From positions 112,718,001 to 112,782,000 of the forward strand of contig NC_058373.1 in assembly GCF_018350175.1 (NCBI RefSeq): DNA of 64,000 nucleotides. The letters are read 5' to 3'. This document shows positions 27,049-39,634 of the stretch, piece by piece; the first letter of the stretch is position 1; each line of letters starts with the position of its first letter. Below the pieces are notes generated by a model. That model was not told the DNA's origin. It was given only the letters and a program-made list of their open reading frames with translations, and did no database searches. This DNA comes from Felis catus (Eukaryota). The translations under genes were made by a program, and so were the position numbers.

Positions 27049-29612
27049 AAAGACCTGAGAAAGAATTTAAGAGTAGCTGAGCTTTTTTTAATTGATATGT
27101 CTTCAGAAAGCCCCTAACCTCTCTAAATCAGAGTTCAAACCCAGAAAATATAAAATCTTTTCTCAAATTTTTTCACAAATCTATAGTAACTAAAGAGAAG
27201 TGTGAATACATACACCCAGGGATACGGGCATATAACAATACGGTTTTTACAAGCCTAAAATGTCTTTCAAGTTTTATATTTTATTTTAAAAATTAATATA
27301 AAGTTGGGTTTCTTTGCCGAAATCTACATATTTGCTTTAATACAAATATAACGTTTACAACTACTTATTGTTGGCAAGAGAGGTAAAGGTGGGATGGGGT
27401 AATTTTCTATCTTGTTAACAGTGGAAATGATCTTACAGTGAACTCAGGTTTGGAGAATTGGACTAAATCAAAGGTAATCAACAACCCATATTGTATTAGC
27501 ATCCAGACAGTTTCTTCTGTTGCATAATATTTCTAGAATTCAAGCTCATAAAAAAAGGTAAATACAAATAGCAGAGTCATTTCACTGCTTTTACACGCCA
27601 CATCCTGGTAATTGATCCTTGCGGATAGATTCCTCAGTAATCAATCTCTGAAGAAAGATTCCCAGAAGGTTGCAAAAGAGGTGATACACTGCAATATTTT
27701 CAGACTATTTTCAATAGATATTTTGTTAAATATATTCTAGCTGAGAGGCTCAATAGAAAATTGAAATGTTTTTGATCCTCTGATTTATATCTTTTGAAAT
27801 CTCAGTGAAACGCTTATAAAAAGGTTTTCTTCAGGGTAGAAAAATTATTAGGGATAACATTTTTTGTTTTACTACTTTTTAATTTTTAATATATATACAC
27901 TAATAATATCAACCAATCATAATCCCCACAATTCTTTCCATCCAATTGTGAAACTTCATTTATGTTGCAGTGATCCTATATGTAATATAAATATTTGCAG
28001 TTTACTCCTCTTAGTTACTACTGATGCAAAATGTCTAGCCTCGTAGGCAAATATACGTAAAATTAGCTAATGATGTGAGGCTCTTACAATTATCGTGAAG
28101 ACTAAAGTAATTTATTTCATCCAAATGATAATCTTTTGTGATTACTTTTAAATTATTATCAAAGAAAAATGACAGTCAGGCATTTGGATTAGCTATGAAT
28201 TTCTTTTATTTATACTACATCAATTGATGATCAAGGGTTGACTAGAATAAATGAGAGTATTAAACTTTAAGATCTATTGATGTGACTTTTCTCTAGTTCT
28301 CAAATTTTAGTTTATGAGACATACTTTTAAACATTCTTTCTGAAGTTTTTCAGTATTAGCTATTATACCTGGTTCAGGAGCCACAAAAATAATCACATGA
28401 CACTTGAATTACAACCACTCTGGCTTTGATAATAACCACAGTGGTTTTCTGAAGTCTTCCTCTTGTGATAGTCTAAATTTACAGTCAGACTTATATACAG
28501 AAAATTGATGTCAAGCATTGACAGTTGAGCTGTCTACTCCCAAAAATCTTTGTTTAAATTGGTATTATAGTCTATTTTTTACATTTAGAGTTCACGGGTG
28601 GCTATCCTTTCTTATCTCATTAAGTTTTGGTAATTGCACTTGCATTTGGAACTGAAATGGTTGAGGAAAAATTTCTTCCATAAATAAATACAGTAACATA
28701 AAATTTCTTCCATCAATGGAGAAACAGATACACACAAGTCAGGCAGAGGCATATATATACATATACATCTTCTTATAAGCATCAATTTTTTTCCAGCCCT
28801 TTTATTTCCACGCCTGTAAAGGGAATACAACCTTAAACTAGAAGTCAGGAACTGAGGAACTGTGGGTATTGTTCCTAGATTTGTTATTAACAAATAACCT
28901 TGAAGAAGATACTTCATGTTGCCGGAATTGATGTAATTTTAAGCCTTCTAGAAATAAAACACTGTATAGAAAATGGTATTCACTTGTTACTGGGTAACAA
29001 TTCTGAAAGTCTTCATAGCTTCTAAAAGTTTTCAGAAAGCAGCATAGGGCATTAGAATTTATATTTTTATAGGAAATTACCTAGTTTATAATCAAGATAT
29101 TGTGAGTCTCCACTTAAAATGGGAAACAGCTTTTGGTATAAAGATATTCTCTAAGACCAAAGAAAATAGCACAAGAGAAGGACTAGATATAAATTATAAG
29201 TACCCTGCCCATTCAGAAGCCCTCTCTTACAGTGTTGCCATTCTAATTAGTATTCATTGTTTCTAATTTTGAGAATTTTGTTTGACCAAGAAGAATGAGC
29301 ATTGGTGATTATCTTTTGTGTATAATGTTTAGTTAATGCTGAAGCATTAGTAAAAACTATATCAAGTAAAACCAAAAGTTGATATAATTCTTATGTACCA
29401 TGATGCTTTTTTTCAAAATGAAAATTCCATTTTCTCAGTATTATTCCTAAGCAGGCTCCATATGCTATCAGTGGTGTCCTAAAAGGGATAAGATAATCTA
29501 CAGCCTGACTCCAGGAAATAGAATTTTGTAGCATGGTCAGGTGTCTTATTTTTCCTGAGGACTTTAACACTTGGAACCTGGCATCACATCGATGCTTCCT
29601 CTACCATCTCCC

Positions 29613-29615
<3 letters not shown>

Positions 29616-29667
<52 letters not shown>
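29616..29667. repeat. (CA)n microsatellite
   Basis: Uninterrupted CA run. Confidence 0.95.
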
Positions 29668-29670
<3 letters not shown>

Positions 29671-30610
29671 CATCTAGCCAGCATAGCTAACTTGACCTAT
29701 GCTGGTCTGAAAGGAGACCATCATTCTGCACGCATAGAAACCCATAGTGTAAAAACACTTGGTCTGAAGCTTCCTCACCCTTCATCTCTACTTTTTTTGT
29801 TTATCTTCCTCTCTAACCAAATATTAGTTCTTGTTACAGCTCTATAAAAAAGCAAAAAAAAAAAAAATTCTAATTTGTACCTCATCAAATGAAACACTTT
29901 GTGTTGAGAATCTTCCTTTTCTCATTTAAAGTGAGCATTTTAAAATGGCAGTTGTAGTTTTCTCTATCTTACCCAAGAGGAAAATTTAACTGAAATAACA
30001 GACAGTTTTGAGGGAGCGGATGTATTTAACATTGGTCTGGCATTAAAATTTTCTGGTTGGGCAGCACAATTGTTTAATTGGGAATCTCAGTTACAGCTGA
30101 ACAACCTCAGCACTTGGGTCAGCAAGCAGAGGAGCGTCACTCTGTCACCTACCAAGAATGGTGCTTGTTGGAACTGATCTTTCCAGTTAGGGAACACTCA
30201 TGTTTCTAGTCATACCATTGATGTTTCTGATATTATAATGGAATAAACACTATAATCCTTAAAGAGACAAAGTTCTCTGCATAGGTATATTTGTAATTTT
30301 TTGTTTTTCGTAAACCAAATGCAAATATAACACTACTCCAGAAACTGCTACATCAGAAGTCCCCAAGATAACCAAAAGTAAGTGCCCGTTTCCTAATCTC
30401 AGGAATAGTGCTATAATAAAGACTGAATTCTAGTAACCAGCCTATTTGCAGAGCATGTCATATAGCCTCTGGGTTAGTTAACTCCTTGGCATCCTAAGAG
30501 GTACCTCGAAGAGTCGATTGATGTTTTGCATGTATTACTAATGTGTAGAAAATTTTTTAAGTTCACTTTTTCTTTATTCTGTCTTTTTTACCCATCTTCC
30601 CTCATTGTAG

Positions 30611-30667
30611 CAAATTAGACGGCCGGATGAAAGCAAAGGAGTTGCTAGTAGAGTTGGATCCCTCAAA
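30611..30667 (+). CDS. GPHN: Gephyrin alternative cassette, 57 nt / 19 aa (C4a-type)
   Basis: Polypyrimidine tract plus ctcattgtAG acceptor and AAA|GTAAAT donor, phase 0-0. Encodes QIRRPDESKGVASRVGSLK, a known C4 cassette peptide; the letter is assigned from memory and genomic order. Confidence 0.92.
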
Positions 30668-32890
30668 GTAAATATGTTTCTAACATTTTTTTGGCAAGAT
30701 TTCGTCTATAGCCTACACTTCTTCCTTTTTGGAGGGTGGTGGGAGGAAGGGGGCTTTTTCCATTTTTCACCATCCCATTTTTTTATTTTAATATTTTTAT
30801 TGGCTGTTGGGTCATTTTTTTTTTGTTTGTTTCAGCTGCACATAGAGCAACCAGCTGAAGGCAAGCTGCCAAATAACTAGCTTTGAATGGCACCACAAAC
30901 AAGAGAAAGGGCAACTGTCTCATTACAGGTGCCTATAATTTGGGGTTCTAGAGTAAACCGTTCCTCTGATTGATGTCACTGACTATGTGTTAAGTTCCTC
31001 TTACACAGAGAACTAATATTTATTTTCAGAATATTATCTCCCCTTTTTGCTTTTTTTTATAAAAAGTAACTAAATTTTATTTTAGTGTCATTACCATTTG
31101 TAGTTCATACCAGAAAAAGAACTATTATGAGATAGTAACATTTGTTATATATAATGAATCTTAAGAATTAGAAAAGGAATTTTATATGATGCTGGTGTAA
31201 TGGGCTCATGTATAGCTAATAGTATTTAAACACTTTTAATCCCATTTGTTTTTTTTTTCAATTAAAAAATTTATATAACAATCAGTGGAAACTAATATAT
31301 ATCCAAATGTTTGGCCATTTGTGTATGTAATCTGCTAATACACAGCTTAAAGATTTCTGATCTGATGGTCCCATTTGCTAGTTTTTAAATATCTATTTGG
31401 TCAGTATATCTTGGGCACTCGATACTCTAACATTCAATCACAATGAAAAGGTAAGCCAGTTATCACCCTTTAGAAACAAAGACATAGTCATTGATCACTT
31501 TTAATGCTGCCACCATAAATGCAAGGTAGAAAATTTGCTGAATTTTAAAAATGTGCAGAGGAATTTCCCCCCAAATTAACCACTACTTGTATCTCTCAGT
31601 CCCATTTGTCCTAACAGCATTAGTAACTGTTAATCAAAATGACAGACAGTTCACTGCATTGGGATGTCTCAAAATTCAATTAACTACCTTAAGGCCTAAT
31701 ATTAAGTCAATTCAAAATTTTATACACCTCCCCTTCATTTTCATTTAACAATTTATGAAGCACTAATTTCTGCACTCCTTCTTCTCCTTGCCTCTTCTGC
31801 CTTCTTAATTTTACTTTTTTTGTTGTCGTTTATTTATTTGTGTGTGTGCACACACATGAGTGCACATGGATGAAGGTGTGTCTGTATGTTTGTGTCCTTT
31901 ATTCCAGACAAGCCATCTTCTCTGTTTCTGACGCTGCTGTATACTGGGTAGTGATTTGTTGTGGGGGGTTTTTTGTTTGGTTGGTTGGGTTTTTTATGTT
32001 TTTTTCACTAAGGATAACGAGAGGGGATGGGAAGTGTTGATTATATGCCTGTTTCAAAATCAAGGAAGGTTAAAATTATTCAGTAAAAAAAATACAAGTT
32101 TATGCATCCCAATGATATATCAGTAGCATTCCTCACTGTCTCTTGTGAGGTATCATATTTTACCTTTGTCTTTAAGGGAAGATAAGTCCACTGTTGTTTA
32201 GCCTAATGGATTATGAGTCAGATTCAAGCAAAAAGGTACAGTGTGACATAACTTTTTAGAAATTATTGGTAGTGAAATAAAGATAAAATGGCATCTGTAA
32301 TTGCAGCACCATCTGCTATAAATTGGATTGTGTGTGCAAGTGTGTGTGTGTTTAATTATCTCTAAATTCAGCTTTTGGCTGTATAGAACTTCAAGTTATA
32401 ATTGTGTGCTTATTATTTTTTAAGTGTATGTACAGTATGATTATGTATATACACATGTATAAGAAAAAGATACATGTTAGGGTTCAATCAATTTACTTTA
32501 ATATGTATTCATTCAGCCTTAAATCAAAAAATATGTTTGGGAAGGAAAGACAAATTTCATAATTTTTAAGTATTTTTATTCCACATTTCTACCAAATAGA
32601 AAATTTTAAAGTGAATCTCTAAGGAATTATAAGGATAGTTATAGTATTTATTTATTTACTCTAACACTTTGGGGAGAAAAGATGCTATAATTAAAGTAAA
32701 ACGTTGGCTTCCTAGTCACAGGTTATTGAACATGTATTCTTCTGTTATACAAAGATCTTTAATGTTTTGAAATGTTTGCCAAAGGCAGTGAGAAATGTAT
32801 AATGCTGTGATCTTATTTTTAAAAGGAAAAAGGAAAACTGAAAAGAGAACAAGTTGCTTTTTCAATTCATTTTCTGATGTTTACATGTAG

Positions 32891-32962
32891 CTCCATCGAA
32901 AGCTGGAGGAGCTCAGAGATCACCTAGAAGGCAATGTGAAAGGATACTCTCTCAGAGTAAAT
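32891..32962 (+). CDS. GPHN: Gephyrin alternative cassette, 72 nt / 24 aa (or 66 nt / 22 aa with the upstream donor) (C4b-type)
   Basis: Acceptor ttacatgtAG; open phase-0 frame LHRKLGELRDHLEGNVKGYSLRVN. Donors AGA|GTAAAT (after 32956) and AAT|GTACGA (after 32962). Matches the recalled C4b peptide. Confidence 0.85.
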
Positions 32963-35900
32963 GTACGATTTCACTCGGTGATTTTTTTTTTCCTAAACTT
33001 CTGCTGACTGGTAATTCCAAATCTGATTGGTTTGTCCTCTCATCTCCATCTTTTTTACTTTCTGTCTCTTTTCTCCCTATCTCTCTCTTCCTTTTCTAGC
33101 TGCAGCTTCATGCTCACGTTTATGAAATAAAGATTAAATTGGCAGGGTAGAGGACACGCAAGTCACACTAACACTGAAGTTGATTTAGTAACATTTTGGC
33201 TCCAATGCAAAATAAAAATTCTTTTCAAAATTTGTTTCTTATACAATTGTATAATTTTCTGAGACTTTTTATGAGACTTCATTTGGAGCTTTTCCATTGA
33301 CTGTGTTCTGCCCCTTGTGGGATATGTCAGCAGGATTATAAATTATTGGCTGGATCCAAGTGCTAGATCCTTAATAATTCAATTTCAGCTATCAAGGAAA
33401 ATGATCAATGTTAGAATATCATCATAGGTAATCTAGCAAGTAGACACATTTTCTTCTGAATTAATAGGCTTCTCTTAACTCGGACTCTTTGGGAATAGCT
33501 ATGATAAAATTTTTTTGTTTAAAAATAAAAAAAATTAAGCAGTAAATATCTTCACTGTCATGTAACATCTTACAAATACTTGAGATAAAGGCTATTATAC
33601 CCAAGACAGCACTCTGAAGGAGAACAATACCTTATAGCTACTCAATACTATACATGTATCAGATAGATAATACTAACAGTAGTATTTTTTTGTGACCCAT
33701 AGTTCAGACTCAGAATGCTTGGTCCTTCTCCTAAATATATCTTTTCAAAAAAAAATGGAAATAAAATCTCTAAAATGGTTTATGATGTAAAATATGGCAG
33801 AAGAAAAGCTAAATTAGCGCAGTAAGTAATTTCTGGCTCAATTTAACTCTGACATCCCATTCCTAGTGCTTTTTAAGAAGTTTCTATCAATCCTAGCCTG
33901 GCCTGGATCCACTTCTCCCAAGATTATTGTCATACTTTTAATCCATATTGCTATAATAGTTTTCTTATAAAGAATAGAATAAACAACAATAGTGATATTA
34001 TAATTCTCTGATATCTCAGCTTGTTTTTAATTATATACTATACATAGTTAAGTATATCTCTATATTAAATTTCTGATTACTAAACCTCAAACTTGTTTTT
34101 ATTAATACTAATTATTAAATTCTGATTGCTAAATTAAGTTGATGTAGCAATTAATGCAAGTATCTCATTTTTCTACTTTCTTGTGAGTCAGTCGTTCTTT
34201 TCTATCCATATTCTTAGAAGTTGAAAGATCATCCATAATCACTCCCAGAATTTATTCCACTGTCTTAAAAAAAAAAAAAAGAATTTTATGATTAAATCAG
34301 TCTGAACATACCTAGATATTCTTCTAGAAAGCCCTAAAAAAAATTCTGATTAATTAATTAATGTATTTAGTGTCATACTTTTTGTAACCAATCATGAGAA
34401 GTGATTTTCTTTTTCAGTCAAACCAAGACTAGATAGTTGAGACTTGCTAAGGCCTGTATAGAAGGGAGTTAGTGTTAGATTAGGGTTAAATTAAAAATTT
34501 TGGCTTCAAAAACTGAGTTATATCATGCCACTTTTCAGTTTCTTTTTTTCAACACCTATACTGCATGGTACAGTATATAATGACTAACCCCAATGTCTTC
34601 ATCTTTTGTTATATTTCACTGGGTCACACTTTGTTCTGATTACCTTTTTTTTTCTAATAAGATTGAATGTGAGGTATAGCATTCTAAGATTCCCATTAAC
34701 TAGAAAAGTATCTGGAGGAAAACTATCAAAAGTCAAATTGTATCTTCTATAGACAGTTCAGTTTAGAGAAGATGCGTTTCAAAGAGCTGAATGTTTAGTT
34801 TCTCTCCTCCCCTTTAATCCCATTACCCCAGAATGCCTTACAATAAGCCTTGCATGTTAAAAATTGTTGCTTAGAAGCAGAATAAAGCTATTCTCAGTTG
34901 CATAGGTTATATAAACAGATTTTGTTTCTAAAATGAGATAAATTGGCATATAATGACCATTCCATTTTGTGAAAATTTACTTTAGGCGTCTATACACAAG
35001 AGCAAGTATGTAGGTGCCTTTCAATTCATTGAAACATTTATAAATAGTTCAGTAAGATGAAAGATTAGAACCATGTTTGTACTTAAATATTTTATTATTA
35101 CTTGGGAAAATGAGACATTCAAATCTTTGGGATAAGGATTTAATTAAATCATTAACGCTTCAATTTGTATCTTCTATGTGTTATATTTTAGAGAGAAAAG
35201 ATTCCTGCATCCTTACTTATTACAGATAATCAATGATATAAGGTAGAATATTCTAAGATGTAATTTTTGGAATAATTTTAAAATTGGTTTATCATATGAA
35301 AATGTACTTCTTTATCATACATTGACACTTCCATAGCAAAAAGTAGGATGTGTTAGGTTCTGGAATTATAAATATATCATCATTTTCTGTATGTAGTACA
35401 AAGTGGAAGTATTCAGAACCCTAAATCAGTTTTTAGTAACTTTTAATAATAATAAAACTATAATCACATGGCTTTACAAATTATCATCTTGTAAACAAAG
35501 TTTGTCTGATTTAATGATTGCAAGTTACTACAAATCCTTAGACTAATAATGTGTTGAGAATAATGACTGAAAAATCCCACATAAAGGAAAAAATTACCTT
35601 TACATTTAATCAAATACAGGAATCTAGTAGGAAGAACATTAAAAGTAGTGCTTAAAGTTGAAAAACTGTGTAAACAGGGTTGAGAATTGGAAAACATAAG
35701 ATGATACAAACTAATACTTTACAAAATTAAGTCAAAGTGAGTTTACAAAGTTGAATTAGTTAAAGAGTGATGGAACCCTGAAAAGCTTGAGTGTTAAAAT
35801 ATTCAGAGAAAAAGAAGATAAATGTTCATGAAATAAAAACTACTAGAAAGAAAAGAAAAGAGAGAAGTAAAAATACCAAAACCACAAATTTTATATTTTC

Positions 35901-36428
35901 TCAGTGTATGCAATGTGATGGTAAATTTCTACTGAGCTACAAACATACAGATAGGTTTTAGGTAACCAAATATGTTAGTTTTTTAAAGGCTTTGACAAAC
36001 AATCAAAGGGAAAATGATTTATGAAGACAGATTATTGGCACATAAGTGACCTAGGAATTCGGTTATGAAGTAAAAAGAAAATTACAAGTACTTGCTATGC
36101 TAATATAAATAAAGACAAGGTATTATTTGAGGTGGAAAAAGTTAAGGGAGGAGTTATCACTTAAAATAAGACTATGTTTTTAGTAAGTTTAAGAAAACTA
36201 TCTGAATCAAGTCAGAAAGGAATAAGTCTTTTGAAGAATGATTTTCTGAATGCTGAAATAAGACTTATAGGAAATGGGACTAATATAAATAATGGATTAG
36301 ATAGTTGTGATTTTATAGATTTTTTTAAGATCAATATTTTATTCCAGTCTTTGTTCTTATATTTTTGATAAATTATTTGGGAGGTTTTTTTTTTGCATTT
36401 TTATATTCATCAAATTAATGCTATCACT

Positions 36429-36759
36429 CACGGGTCAGCAAACTGTAGCTTCTGGGCCCAAATCCTTTTCTCTCTTGTGGGCCCACAAGCTAGGAATGAT
36501 ATTTGCATTTTTAAATAATGGGGAAATCAAAAGACTGTCATTTCATGACATGTAAAAATCATATGTGTGTCCAAAACATATAAGTGTCCAAAAATAAAGT
36601 TTTATTGAAACACAGCCATATTCATTCATGTGCATATAATCTGTGGTTGCTTTTACAGTACAAAAGCAGAGGTGAACAGTTGCAGCAAAAACCATATGGC
36701 ACAGAAAGTCAGAAATGTTTACTATATGACTATTTATAGAAAAAGTTTGCCAAGACCTG
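36429..36759. mobile_element. MER58B-like hAT MITE
   Basis: Terminal inverted ends cacgggtcagcaaact ... agtttgccaagacctg; internal aaataaagttttattgaaacacagcca. Confidence 0.8.
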
Positions 36760-38743
36760 CTGTAACCAGCTAGTGTGTCAAAATGACAAGGACATAGAAA
36801 TGATTATAATAGAGTCTTTGTAAACTTATCTTCATTTTAGAGCTTGAGGAAAGGAGAGCTGCTCATTTTTCTGGGGATGGTTTCAGATTATTCTGCCCAG
36901 AATAATATCTGTCTAAAAGAGTTGATACCCTGATCTTCCACCTTTACTTTTTTATTCTTCTGTTTGCCACTGTTTTCTCTAACTACTCTTTTTTCACACC
37001 ACATCACACACACACACAACGTAAACCCCCCCATGAAATTAACATTAAACCTTGCAAATATAGATTATAAATTCCTCTTGTTTGAGGAGGCCTCTACAGA
37101 GATTTAGGGTGTAAAGATATGTTCCAATCTTGCTCTCAAACTTTTTTAAAAGGCGTTTTTAGAGTGTTTTTGCTTACTCTGCTTTTTTTCTGTTTTTACT
37201 TCATTATGTTTCATTAAAGATCTTTCCCCTGGAGACCAACTTTTGGTTTCTCCTATTTAAATGTACCTAAAATCATCCTGTCTATAGGAAATTTTGTGCA
37301 ACTGGTAAAGACACCCTGACATGATCAACTATGTCATATCTTAATATATGGCACTTAACTGTCTAAAAGGCATCTGCATTAAGTCAGCCAACTTTGAAGA
37401 AAGGAAGAACAGCTAGAACATTGATTAGTCCTTAAATATTCAGTAGCTTTTAAAGGAGTAAACATCAGTTTGTTTGTTAACTCTACTTTCTTAGGCGAAT
37501 TTTATTGTCTTTGGTTCTTACATGAAGAATATTTTTATTTGAAGTTCCTAATAAGTCTTCCTTGTTTGATGTGTTGGCACTTACTCAAAATATTAATACC
37601 CATTTATTTACTATTTAACTTATAATAATTATGTAACATCTTGAGCATCTTATTAGATGATGTATGTCTTATAAATATGACCAGACTATAATAATGGCAA
37701 AGATGACAGTAAATCAACTTCAGGATTATCTCTTTGGAAAACAGACTAATTTCGCTAACTTTCACTTTTGGTATTTAATGTGTAAAGTTAACTAATACAA
37801 TTCTGAGATTTCACTTCTACTGAATAACAAAAATCTATCTGTGTTTAGAACAAAAATGTTCTTATCTAATATTTATAAAATCACCTACAGTAGCCTAAGA
37901 CATCATGGAAGCGGGAATGACACACTGTGACGTGTTTAATGCTTATTGCAAATTGCTCTTCCCAGAATTGACTTTAATACACAAATAAGGTACTAATAAA
38001 AGATCTCCTTGACAAATAAATTTCCCTAGTAACAGAAAATGGAGAACTGAGGGGGGCAGGGGGAGATAAGACTCCAACTGTTTATGAAAGATAAAGTTTT
38101 TCAGTTTTATGGATATAGTTATGGAGATAGAACAAACATGCAAAGTTTTGTTAGAACTAGCACCTTGCTGAAGATGTGTACGTGTAATTAGATGTGTATG
38201 TGTTTGGAAAAAAAGATTCAATTTCTTAAGATGTCTATAATGACCATATTTCAGAAAATACCTCAAAGTAATCCGTTAAGTGGTAGTGATAACATTTGAT
38301 CACAAATCTTTATGATGGTAAATGTAAAATCTTCTCAACATTATTTCACACAGTTCAGTTTTTTAAACATAGAAGAAAAAGGGTTTGTTCATTTATTCAT
38401 TAAACACTTACTGAGCATCTACTACATTCTTCTGTTCTGGGTGCTAGAAATACAATTAAAGAACAAATCAGATAATAAGAGCATTTCTGATTCCTCCACT
38501 ATGTCATCTTCTATACTTTCATTTCCCCACCCTAAGTTTGCATTTTGGAACTTAAGAATTTGTAACTCAAAACTGCATACTTAATAATTTAGCTCACGTG
38601 GCATTGTACAACCTAATGAAAGAAGAGGCCAGAGAATTGACCATAGCAGTGTGACAACCTAGAAAGTAAGAACAGGGCAGAAAATTATCAGCTCAAATCA
38701 TGAAGATTAAACATGGTTTTGAGTATAAAATAGCTATTTTAAA

Positions 38744-38957
38744 TTTTTTTTCAACGTTTTTTATTTATTTTTGGGACAGAGAGAGACAGAGCATGAACGG
38801 GGGAGGGGCAGAGAGAGAGGGAGACACAGAATCGGAAACAGGCTCCAGGCTCTGAGCCATCAGCCCAGAGCCCGATGCGGGGCTGGAACCCACGGACCGC
38901 GAGATCGTGACCTGGCTGAAGTCGGACGCTTAACCGACTGCGCCACCCAGGCGCCCC
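38744..38957 (-). mobile_element. Very young Can-SINE (SINEC_Fc-like)
   Basis: Many intact CpGs; 18-bp TSD taaaatagctattttaaa (38726-38743 / 38958-38975). Confidence 0.96.
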
Positions 38958-39592
38958 TAAAATAGCTATTTTAAAAGATCAATGAAACATTCTGATAAAA
39001 GGTCTAGATAAGAATTTGTGTTTCAGTTTTTATGTTTTTATGGTGTTTTTATTGATATATATGTTAATATATCACATGGACATATATATGAATGTTCAGT
39101 AATACTGTGAATGGAATAATAGGAACAGCACATGAGAGTCAGAATACTGAGCTGGCTTTGGTGCCCTCTTTAAAAAACAATATGAAGATGTACAATAGAG
39201 CCCTCATTCTATAAATAACATCACATGTAGTTTGCCAATGTTAATAAACCAATGAAGATCAGTGTAGTACCTTAGGAGAAAAATGACCAGTGTTCTGCTT
39301 TCCAATTAACCTTAAATGAACATCTTCTCAGCAAAATCATACCAGATCTGATCAGAGGGAGTCATCTCTGTCACGGACTTTTTTCTTTTTTTTTTTAAGC
39401 CAGGTATTTTTATATCACAAGACTCTCCTCAAATAGCTTGACCCTTGAGATTTCAAACTCAAGTGTTTGCTTATAAGGCTATCTTGTTACCTGACAAATG
39501 TGTTCGTGATGGAGCCATCTAATCTTCTGAGACCCTTACTATGCTATCACTTCCTCTTTAACAGTGTTTTCTTTTCCCCACTGCAAAACCAG

Positions 39593-39634
39593 GCTCGGCT
39601 TCCCTCGTGCTCATCTACTTATAGTGTATCTGAG
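39593..39634 (+). CDS. GPHN: Gephyrin alternative cassette, 42 nt / 14 aa (C4c-type)
   Basis: Acceptor ttttcttttccccactgcaaaaccAG and donor GAG|GTATAC. Encodes ARLPSCSSTYSVSE, the well-known 14-residue C4c cassette. Confidence 0.93.

Noticed and set aside
28716..28730. tggagaaacaga (WRNR), resembling part of the C4d peptide as I recall it
   Set aside because: Flanking codons do not match and there are no suitable splice sites.
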